Assembly: GCA_040757655.1 (NCBI GenBank)
Contig: JBFLWV010000058.1
Coordinates: forward strand, 1-63,288
Source of the DNA: Patescibacteria group bacterium
GTDB lineage: Bacteria > Patescibacteriota > Patescibacteriia > 2-02-FULL-49-11
DNA length: 63,288 bases
Direction: 5' to 3'
This document shows, in pieces, positions 17,292 through 24,590 of this stretch. The position numbers and the translations under genes were made by a program. The number at the start of each line of letters is the position of its first letter. Position 1 is the first letter of the stretch. Under the pieces are notes generated by a model that was not told the DNA's origin, made no database searches, and was given only the letters and a program-made list of their open reading frames with translations.

Positions 17292-19793
17292 TTACCGTTC
17301 CTGCCACTGCGAGCCGCGGAAGCAGATGGACTTGGAGCTTTGTCCCGGTGAGGGATTCGCGCCGGTTTGGCTGGTGACGTAGTAGAAGTAGATGACGTCT
17401 GGTACGATGTCACGGTCAGTGTAGGAGAGCGTGGTGAGGCCGCTTGCAATTTGCGTGGCAGATGCAAAGTTATCCACTGCGACATTACGGTACACGCGAT
17501 AACTGGTGGCACCATCGAGTGCTTGCCAGCTTAGGGTGATAAAGCCGCATGCGGAGGTAGGTGAGAGAGGATCTACGACTACCATACATGAGGGGGTGGT
17601 CACTGAAAGCGGGCAGATCACCTCTGGGGGGTCCCCAGACCAGGTGCCGGTGCAGGCAGGAGCGGAAGTGGAATTATTAAGCGTGCCTGCGGAGGGGAGT
17701 ACTGCTTTGATATAATACTGGTAAGAACTATTCGGGCTCACCGTGGTGTCATAGGTGAAGAGCCCCGTGATACCAGAGAAGCGTTGCACCCATCCCGCAC
17801 CGTCGTTACGGTAGATAGAATAGCTTTGCGCTGCTTTTGCCGCGGTCCAGGTTAAGCCCACCTCATCGCATTTGGTCGCGACTGCGCTCGTGAGTGTGAA
17901 AAAGCTCGCGCAGGTGGGTGCGGTGGTCAGGTTCACGGTATGGGAGGTGGGGGTTGAAGGATTGCTTTCATTGTCCGTGGCAGTGAGCGTGACGTTGTAC
18001 GGCCCGCCCGGTCCTTGGAGTTCTTCACTGCCGAAAGAATTAAATGTGTCGGTCATTGATTTGTATTGCGCTGCGATCCAATTTGTAGAACGGGTGCCAG
18101 AGGCTATGCGGACCTCATCGAGGGTGCCTGCGAAATTGTTGTATCCAAAATTCCAATCGCCCCATGGTGGAGTGCCGGAAAGGTTGTATTGGTGGAGCTG
18201 CGTCCCATTCCGGTACACTGTGACATTGGTGGTCGATTTCACCACGACGATATGGTACCAGGAATTTGTAGTAAAGGTGGTTACGGGTGAGAGCGAGGAG
18301 GTTGGAGTGAGGGTATCGTGCTTTGTTTCAATCGTATTCCCGTCTTTCACCTTCACGCTAAAATTGTCCGCATTCATTTCCCAAAACCACGTGTTGGAAG
18401 GAAAACTGTCTGCTTCAAACCACACTTCCCACGTGAACGGATCTTGTTGAATAGTTGCCGCAGTGGTGCGGCGGATGTAGCCTGCGCTGGTCAAACCTTT
18501 TCCAAGGCCAATTTGGCCAGTGGTAGTATAGGTCATGCCAGATTCGCTCGTACTATCAATGTTATTACTGGTGGAATCCTGGATTCTTCCAGAGGCATCA
18601 TTCATATGCCACACCATGCGGTAGTTTGTATCCCATACGGCGGTTGGGTTTTGTCCTGCTAGAGCAGACACATTGCCGTAGTACATCCAGATATAATCGG
18701 TATTTGAGGAAGCATTGATTTGCGGCACTTTCACCCACACGAACGAATTTCCTGATTCGTCCCACCGTTCGATTTCATACGAGAGGACGGTTGAGCCATC
18801 GGTATCAAGAAATCGCAGATCTTGCCCAGAGTTTTGTGTATTGGCGTAGTCTATGCGAGTGCTGTTGAGCTTAACAAGCACCGGCACGTTGACGAGGTTT
18901 TCAGCTTGTGCAGCGTTGTCAAATGTGATTTTCCGCCTCCTCGTCCACGACGTGTTCCACCAGCTTGCCGGCGTATATGTGTGATAAGGGTGTTGGACAT
19001 TGGACGTGGTGGTATCGCCTAAATCCCAGCTCCATGCGGTGATCGTACCGTCATCAGTGGAGAGGTCTTGGTATTGGACCGTGTCGGATTTTAAGGTACA
19101 CAAGTCAAATTCTGCGGTAGGAGGCGTGCCGCCGCCAGAGAGACTCACCACCACTTGATAGGTACCAGAGGGATCTGAAACGTTCGTGGGCACCGTATCA
19201 TCACGTGCGATCGTGTAGTAATCATAGGTGCCATCGGGGAGGCTGGTTTCGCTATAGGAGGGCGAGGTAACAGATCCGACCAACGAGTAGCCTCCCCCAT
19301 TCAGTTGTCGATAGACATCATATTGGCTAATGGAAACAGGTACGGAGCTCATAGAATGGGGATCAGAAGGAGTCCAGCCGAGCGTGAACGTACCTGTGGT
19401 GGAAGGATTCGTGCCAGCAGTGATGGCGGGAGTTCCTGGGGTGGAAGGAGGGGCAATGGTGATTACTGACGGATCTGATTGGAGTGAGCACTGGGTCGGA
19501 TCACATGCGACGACATAGACGGAGTAAACTCCCTCACTACTCCAACTATGGGCAGCGGTCACCGTTGCTCCGGAAGCAACCGTGCCGCTTGCAGGGGATC
19601 GCGTTTCAGGAGTACCATCGCCCCAATTGAAGGTATAATACAGCGCGTCACCTTCAGGGTCGGTGGTGGAGGCTGAATAGGTATAGGTGTGATTGATAGC
19701 ACCAGTGAGCGATTGCGCAGAGGTGTGGTGCGGCCGGGAGAAGATGACGCACGTGATCAGCGCGCACAAAAGAATGAAGATTTTTCGCGGCAT
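17292..19793 (-). CDS. large secreted surface protein with PKD, FN3-like, DUF2341 and LamG/concanavalin-like domains
   Basis: Signal peptide MPRKIFILLCALITCVIF. PKD-like DPEGDALYYTFNWGDG. DUF2341-like WWNTSWTRRRKITFDN...VPVLVKL...DLRFLD. LamG-like block, then C-terminal FN3-like repeats. Confidence 0.7.
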   Translation of the reverse strand: MPRKIFILLCALITCVIFSRPHHTSAQSLTGAINHTYTYSASTTDPEGDALYYTFNWGDGTPETRSPASGTVASGATVTAAHSWSSEGVYSVYVVACDPTQCSLQSDPSVITIAPPSTPGTPAITAGTNPSTTGTFTLGWTPSDPHSMSSVPVSISQYDVYRQLNGGGYSLVGSVTSPSYSETSLPDGTYDYYTIARDDTVPTNVSDPSGTYQVVVSLSGGGTPPTAEFDLCTLKSDTVQYQDLSTDDGTITAWSWDLGDTTTSNVQHPYHTYTPASWWNTSWTRRRKITFDNAAQAENLVNVPVLVKLNSTRIDYANTQNSGQDLRFLDTDGSTVLSYEIERWDESGNSFVWVKVPQINASSNTDYIWMYYGNVSALAGQNPTAVWDTNYRMVWHMNDASGRIQDSTSNNIDSTSESGMTYTTTGQIGLGKGLTSAGYIRRTTAATIQQDPFTWEVWFEADSFPSNTWFWEMNADNFSVKVKDGNTIETKHDTLTPTSSLSPVTTFTTNSWYHIVVVKSTTNVTVYRNGTQLHQYNLSGTPPWGDWNFGYNNFAGTLDEVRIASGTRSTNWIAAQYKSMTDTFNSFGSEELQGPGGPYNVTLTATDNESNPSTPTSHTVNLTTAPTCASFFTLTSAVATKCDEVGLTWTAAKAAQSYSIYRNDGAGWVQRFSGITGLFTYDTTVSPNSSYQYYIKAVLPSAGTLNNSTSAPACTGTWSGDPPEVICPLSVTTPSCMVVVDPLSPTSACGFITLSWQALDGATSYRVYRNVAVDNFASATQIASGLTTLSYTDRDIVPDVIYFYYVTSQTGANPSPGQSSKSICFRGSQWQER

Positions 19794-19797
19794 ACTA

Positions 19798-20277
19798 TTA
19801 TGGGGTGGTGATTTTTTCAACGCGGAGCGCAGAGAACGACGTTGATGCGGTGATATCACTGAAACTTATGACGAATACGTCATCTCCTCTCTGGAGGTCA
19901 ACAAAGGTGGTAGGGGTGCGCTCGACTGCAGCTTTTTCGGGTTGAGGTGTCATAGGAATCGTAATCCGCACAAACGTCGTGAGGGGCTTTAATACTATAG
20001 TGAGGAGTGTACCTTTCGGTGCATAGTCATCGGTGGGTTTGATGGTGAGTTTTTCACTGGTCGCGTCAATTATTATACCACGCCTTCCCCTTAGTTCGGA
20101 AGCACGAATTCCTTGTGATGTGTGTTGCGGATTTGAGGGAGGCAATGAGGGGAAGGGGAGATATTCACGTTTCTGGATAGAGGAAATAATGAGGAGCGTG
20201 CTCAGGAGTATGAGGATGAGTATGCAGCTGAGCGTGAGAATATGTTGTGTTTTCTTAGCTCTTTTTTTCCTCTCCAC
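19798..20277 (-). CDS. hypothetical N-terminally membrane-anchored protein
   Basis: 159-aa ORF with a single TM followed by a beta-rich domain. Its stop lies 4 nt upstream of the adhesin start. Confidence 0.5.
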   Translation of the reverse strand: MERKKRAKKTQHILTLSCILILILLSTLLIISSIQKREYLPFPSLPPSNPQHTSQGIRASELRGRRGIIIDATSEKLTIKPTDDYAPKGTLLTIVLKPLTTFVRITIPMTPQPEKAAVERTPTTFVDLQRGDDVFVISFSDITASTSFSALRVEKITTP

Positions 20278-20331
20278 AGGGTGTATGATTATTGGTATAC
20301 TGAGAGTGTTAATTCTTTATTATAAAGCATT

Positions 20332-20814
20332 ATGGAAAAATCAAAACCCCGCTCTATCCCCGTCTGGGTTTCTGTGAGCCTCGTGGTAATTGTCGGTCTC
20401 TTGGCATGGCTTTTCATCGTGATGAATGCTTCCAAAGTGGACCAGACAATCTCCCCAAACTCCGCCCTCCTGCCGCCCCCTGAAGAGCCTTTGCGCATTA
20501 CTTCAGTGATTGGCGTGATAACCTCTTTGAGCGCTGACCGCCTCACATTGCAGGCGTTGAAAGTAAATAATCCGCAGCTCTCCCGCGATACCGCCCTTAC
20601 CATCATTCTTCCATCAGATACGCAGGTAGCAGTGACGACGGTGCCCGCGACCATACCCAGGGGAGTGAAGGACGTGCGCAGTCTTTATCTTTCGGTGTCA
20701 GGCATGTTGAGCGATCTTAAGGTTGGTCAGCAGGTGAATGTGCGCGCACGGGAGGACGTTCGAGGATATACTGAAATCGTGGCAAAGAGCATTGAAATCA
20801 CCCTTGTCAAATAG
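20332..20814 (+). CDS. hypothetical N-terminally membrane-anchored protein (same architecture as 19798..20277)
   Basis: 160-aa ORF with a single TM and a beta-rich domain. Divergently oriented to its look-alike. Confidence 0.5.
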   Translation: MEKSKPRSIPVWVSVSLVVIVGLLAWLFIVMNASKVDQTISPNSALLPPPEEPLRITSVIGVITSLSADRLTLQALKVNNPQLSRDTALTIILPSDTQVAVTTVPATIPRGVKDVRSLYLSVSGMLSDLKVGQQVNVRAREDVRGYTEIVAKSIEITLVK

Positions 20815-20880
20815 CGCGGACTCACGCGGACAACGTTGTCAGCGTTAGTCTGCGTCCCGTCAGCGTGAGTCAGCGATCAA
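20815..20880. terminator. palindromic CGC-word hairpin between convergent genes
   Basis: GCGCGGACTCACGCGGACAACGTTGTCAGCGTTAGTCTGCGTCCCGTCAGCGTGAGTCAGCG is symmetric around CAACGTTG. Confidence 0.6.
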
Positions 20881-21612
20881 CTAGTAGATGACCCAATTCG
20901 GTTTCACAACTTCAAGCCTCCGCTCCACACCGCGGTAGCGCCCCACCCCCGTAATCAACACGCCTATGGGAAGTTCTCCTCCCGTAGGCATTATCGTATA
21001 GGTAGAGGCGGCGGAGGCGGTATTTTCTATCTTTAATTTTGTGTTATTGTCATAGCTTGGATTATTGACCGTGACTGTGGGGGCTCCCACTCCATCGTAA
21101 TTAGTCTGTGTTTGGACATTAGACGACGTCACGATAACTTCTGCTGACTTTCCCGTTTCAAGGGTAACTTGTATATTAGAGGGATAAACCGCACCATTGA
21201 TAGCAAGATCAAGGTAGAATGATTTTCCCGGGGGCAGGGTGACCTGCAAGGGGTTTGAAGAGGTAATTGGATCATTGAGGTTGCTCGTGGAGAGATTCGC
21301 ATTGCCTTTGGGAGCGTAATTTTCTGTCGTAGCGCTGGTGGTGTAGGAAGCGTTTGCGTTTCCCGGGAGCGGGGTAGCGGTGGCGGTGAGCGCGCTCAAT
21401 GAAGCACTATCCTTTTCGTATTCCCACAGCGCGCGTTCTACCGCGGTCTCCGCTGCGTAATACGCAATTTCTGAATCACCGATGGAGCGTGAGGATCGGC
21501 TCACGGTCAGGATCATGTCTGTTGCCGCGCTCGTGACGAAAATGAGCCCCCCAAGTACGGATATGGCGAGGAGTAAGGAGATACCTGGGTGTGCGATAGG
21601 TGGAGTGCGCAT
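20881..21612 (-). CDS. pilus-associated minor component (PilX/GspK-like N-terminal anchor)
   Basis: N-terminal hydrophobic anchor without the G|F site, then AYYAAETAVERALWEY typical of PilX-like proteins. Lies within the pseudopilin operon. Confidence 0.5.
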   Translation of the reverse strand: MRTPPIAHPGISLLLAISVLGGLIFVTSAATDMILTVSRSSRSIGDSEIAYYAAETAVERALWEYEKDSASLSALTATATPLPGNANASYTTSATTENYAPKGNANLSTSNLNDPITSSNPLQVTLPPGKSFYLDLAINGAVYPSNIQVTLETGKSAEVIVTSSNVQTQTNYDGVGAPTVTVNNPSYDNNTKLKIENTASAASTYTIMPTGGELPIGVLITGVGRYRGVERRLEVVKPNWVIY

Positions 21613-21620
21613 ATGTTAAT

Positions 21621-22166
21621 CTACTCTACTGATCGTTGAGGTACCGTTTGTTGCACCAGCATCTGTGCGGGCTGGTAGAGCGCGGTACTTGAAAACCGCA
21701 TTACGATAGTCGCGCGCGGTTGGCCTAGAGGGGGCTGTCCTCCGCCTTGATAGGGCGTGGTGGCAGGGGTAATGTAATAATTTAAGTCTGTCACTGAAAT
21801 CAAGGTGGAAGAAATTTGCCGCGCTGGCTGGCCGTTGACTGATACCGTAACGGCTTTGGGAGCGGGCTCATAGTTGAAGACGTATTGGTCGCCGCTCGCA
21901 TTGCGCAGAATGAGTTGGGTGGTGGGTGAGGGAATAGTACCTCCCGGATATGCGGCGTAGTCGATCTCTGAGGTGCGGATCATTTTTGCAAGGAACTCCA
22001 TCACAAACTGCGCTTCCTGTTGGATCCGGGAGAGGGAAAGTGTTTTTTTCTCCGCTCGTACCGTGGAGGTGTAAATGCCAAGTGAGATGGTCGTGAAGAT
22101 CAAAAAGATAGATACCGACACCAGCATTTCGGTAAGCGTAAATCCTTTTTTCAACTTATGATTCAT
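21621..22166 (-). CDS. pseudopilin (prepilin-type N-terminal cleavage/methylation domain)
   Basis: MNHKLKKG|FTLTEMLVSVSIFLIF. Confidence 0.7.
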   Translation of the reverse strand: MNHKLKKGFTLTEMLVSVSIFLIFTTISLGIYTSTVRAEKKTLSLSRIQQEAQFVMEFLAKMIRTSEIDYAAYPGGTIPSPTTQLILRNASGDQYVFNYEPAPKAVTVSVNGQPARQISSTLISVTDLNYYITPATTPYQGGGQPPLGQPRATIVMRFSSTALYQPAQMLVQQTVPQRSVE

Positions 22167-22198
22167 ACTCGTTAGATATCTCTTACTTTAATTCATGA

Positions 22199-22295
22199 AG
22201 CTCAAAACTCAAATCTTAGATCTCAAATCCATAACTCAAAGCCCGATAGCTTTTCAGTTTTGCGTTGTGGTTTTGAGTTTTGAGATTTGACATTT
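22199..22295. repeat. CTCAAAA/CCCGATAGC palindromic element, copy 1
   Basis: AGCTCAAAACTCAAATCTTAGATCTCAAATCC...AGCCCGATAGCTTTTCAGTTTTGCGTTGTGGTTTTGAGTTTTGAGATTTGA. Confidence 0.8.
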
Positions 22296-22307
22296 AAGTT
22301 CTCACAA

Positions 22308-22823
22308 TCATTTCCAATCCGTCAATACGGTGGTAAGGGCGTACGTGTGCACCCTTCCATGTTCGGTCCATCGCATAGTGGAGACAATCTCCTTTTCTGT
22401 CGCAGAGAGCGTATTGATGTTTACTAATCTCCAGAACAGCGTGGGGGTGCCCGCGGTGGTGCGGTATTGGTTATTGTTGAGGTAAAGAGCGCAGTTCGTA
22501 CATGCGTGGATATCAGATCCTCCGCTGAAGGTGGCAGGGGTGGTGAGTGAGGCGCTCTCCCGATCAACAATCCACGAGGTATTCCCCGGTGGCAGGGCGG
22601 AGAAACCTGCGACGTCCCTAATAGACCGCACGACTTCTATTCCTTCCCGGGCGAGGTTCACCACGACGATGAGACTCTCTGTTTGTTTTGAGAAGGCAAT
22701 GGTGGAGGTGACCAACGTGAGGCTGGCCGCGACTCCCATAAGGAGGATGCCGATGCTCACGACGGTTTCAACAAGAGTAAATCCGTGATAATATGTCATT
22801 TTTTTAACCTTAACTTCCGACAT
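22308..22823 (-). CDS. pseudopilin (PilV/GspI-like)
   Basis: YYHG|FTLVETVVSIGILLMG. Candidate starts at ATG 22823 or 22799. Confidence 0.7.
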   Translation of the reverse strand: MSEVKVKKMTYYHGFTLVETVVSIGILLMGVAASLTLVTSTIAFSKQTESLIVVVNLAREGIEVVRSIRDVAGFSALPPGNTSWIVDRESASLTTPATFSGGSDIHACTNCALYLNNNQYRTTAGTPTLFWRLVNINTLSATEKEIVSTMRWTEHGRVHTYALTTVLTDWK

Positions 22824-22853
22824 AGATGACAGTAATGGTACTTTCTGGTTTAA

Positions 22854-22951
22854 ACTCAAAACTCAGATCTTAGATATCAAAGTTATATCTTAAAACCCGA
22901 TAGCTTTCAGTTTTACGTTGTGGTTTTGAGTTTTGAGATTTGAAATTTGAG
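22854..22951. repeat. CTCAAAA/CCCGATAGC palindromic element, copy 2
   Basis: CTCAAAACTCAGATCTTAGATATCAAAG...AACCCGATAGCTTTCAGTTTTACGTTGTGGTTTTGAGTTTTGAGATTTGA. Confidence 0.8.
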
Positions 22952-23584
22952 TTATTGTATCGTGATCTGTCCTGATACGCCATCGAATGAAATGGTTTTC
23001 ACTTTTTCGGTTTGTGCGCGGTGGGTAAGCGTAATGGTGGCTGATTGTCCTTTCGTGGCATTCACATAGGATTCTGAGGTCGGAAAGGTGGAGATGACCG
23101 TGAGAGGACTTGACGGCGTGACGCTGGTGACGCTTACTTGAGAGTTCAGTTTCTCTGTGCGGATGACCGTATCACAGCCATTGTCATATTGGTGGAGCGT
23201 GGGAGAACACGTGTCGCCGAACACGGTGAATGTGCACACGCCGCTCGTGCAGGGTGAGGTGAGGGTGACGCCGTAGCCGCCGTCAGGACGCGATCCGCCT
23301 ACCAATTCGCCGGTCAGTGCCCAAAGCTGCGCTTGCCGGAGAGAGGAGACCAATTGGTCAGCATTTGATTCAACCGCAAGGCCAAATTGGAACCCTTTGA
23401 AGTTTGCCGTGTAGAGGAGCGTCATCATGGCGAAGATCCCTATGGTGACAATCATTTCCATGATGGTGAAACCGCTTGAAAATGACCAATGACTAATGAC
23501 CCCGCCTGCCAAAGCCTGTCGATAAGAACGATGCGGCTGCTCGGATGTAGCATGCAAATTTTTTAACGATACGTCCATCACCAT
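22952..23584 (-). CDS. pseudopilin (GspH/FimT-like) with unusually long leader
   Basis: SSG|FTIMEMIVTIGIFAMM. ATG at 23584 chosen. The longer ORF to 23662 runs into a simple repeat. Confidence 0.65.
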   Translation of the reverse strand: MVMDVSLKNLHATSEQPHRSYRQALAGGVISHWSFSSGFTIMEMIVTIGIFAMMTLLYTANFKGFQFGLAVESNADQLVSSLRQAQLWALTGELVGGSRPDGGYGVTLTSPCTSGVCTFTVFGDTCSPTLHQYDNGCDTVIRTEKLNSQVSVTSVTPSSPLTVISTFPTSESYVNATKGQSATITLTHRAQTEKVKTISFDGVSGQITIQ

Positions 23585-23602
23585 AGGCAGATGGCGGGCA
23601 GG

Positions 23603-23669
23603 CAATGACCAATATTGGACATTGGGATTTGAAATATTTATTGGACATTGGGGTTTGGGCATTGGGATT
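23603..23669. repeat. CCAATG/TGACCAA-word simple repeat flanking pilD (downstream side)
   Basis: CAATGACCAATATTGGACATTGGGATTTGAAATATTTATTGGACATTGGGGTTTGGGCATTGGGATTT. Confidence 0.7.
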
Positions 23670-24478
23670 TATCCTGCAAGGATAGTGTGGAGATACCATT
23701 CAAGAATTTGGTCACCCCAGAAGAGCGTAACGATTCCTGCCAAGGAAAGGAACGTGCCAAATGCGATGCGTGATTGCCATGTTTTTGATTTTAGAAAGAG
23801 CAGCGGTATGGATATGGCCGCTCCACTAAGATATGCGCCAGCAAGCGCGAGAAGGATCAGGGGGTATGAGACCGCAACACCGATAAATCCACCTACGAAG
23901 AGGTCTCCCACCCCAATCCACCGTCCCCTCGATATCACATATTGGAATCCAAAGAATCCTACCCCTATTATACCAGCTAGAAGCAGGGGTAACAACGGTT
24001 CCCCTAATATGAGATTTAGAGGGAGCGTGATAAGCCCTGCAGTGATCATGACGACATCGAAGATGAGCTGGAAACGGAGGTCAGTGACAAAGGTGATGAC
24101 CAGTGCGCTGATAATGACCCAGTCGCGGAAGAGGCTCAACGCGAGTAAAGGAGTGTAACCACCTTCCTGCAGGCGAAGGGAGAAACTAAGCGCGAAGAGA
24201 CCGCCAGTTGCCAATTCCACCGCAGGATATTGCCAGGAAATTGGAGTGTAACAGCTACGGCATTTTCCTTTAAGGAGGACAAAGGAAATCAGTGGGATGA
24301 GATCATGCCACGCGATTGCTCTATGGCAGTGTGGGCAATGCGACCGACCGTTTAATCGTTCTCCCCGCGGGAGGCGGTGGATGACCACGTTTAAGAAACT
24401 GCCGATTATCGCGCCAAAGATAAAAGTGGGGAGTATAATCATAACATAGTGTAAGAGTAGTTCTGAGGATGGTATCAT
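23669..24478 (-). CDS. pilD: prepilin peptidase (A24 family)
   Basis: GSFLNVVIHRLP, CPHCHRAIAWHDLIPLISF...GKCRSC zinc motif, polytopic membrane protein. Confidence 0.85.
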   Translation of the reverse strand: MIPSSELLLHYVMIILPTFIFGAIIGSFLNVVIHRLPRGERLNGRSHCPHCHRAIAWHDLIPLISFVLLKGKCRSCYTPISWQYPAVELATGGLFALSFSLRLQEGGYTPLLALSLFRDWVIISALVITFVTDLRFQLIFDVVMITAGLITLPLNLILGEPLLPLLLAGIIGVGFFGFQYVISRGRWIGVGDLFVGGFIGVAVSYPLILLALAGAYLSGAAISIPLLFLKSKTWQSRIAFGTFLSLAGIVTLFWGDQILEWYLHTILAG

Positions 24479-24483
24479 GAGCT

Positions 24484-24590
24484 AAATCCCAATGACCAAT
24501 CAGTGATTTAATGCCCAAATGACCAATTTTGGAATTTGGGATTTTATTGGGTCTTAGACATTGGGGTTTGGGGTTTTTTTAATTCGAGCC
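24484..24590. repeat. CCAATG/TGACCAA-word simple repeat flanking pilD (upstream side), running into the 3' end of the DUF2723 gene
   Basis: AAATCCCAATGACCAATCAGTGATTTAATGCCCAAATGACCAATTTTGGAATTTGGGATTTTATTGGGTCTTAGACATTGGGGTTTGGGG. Confidence 0.7.

Noticed and set aside
17292-19793. Diversity-generating retroelement target in the large surface protein
   Set aside because: There is no reverse transcriptase gene in the window, and I found no template/variable repeat pair with adenine-specific differences.
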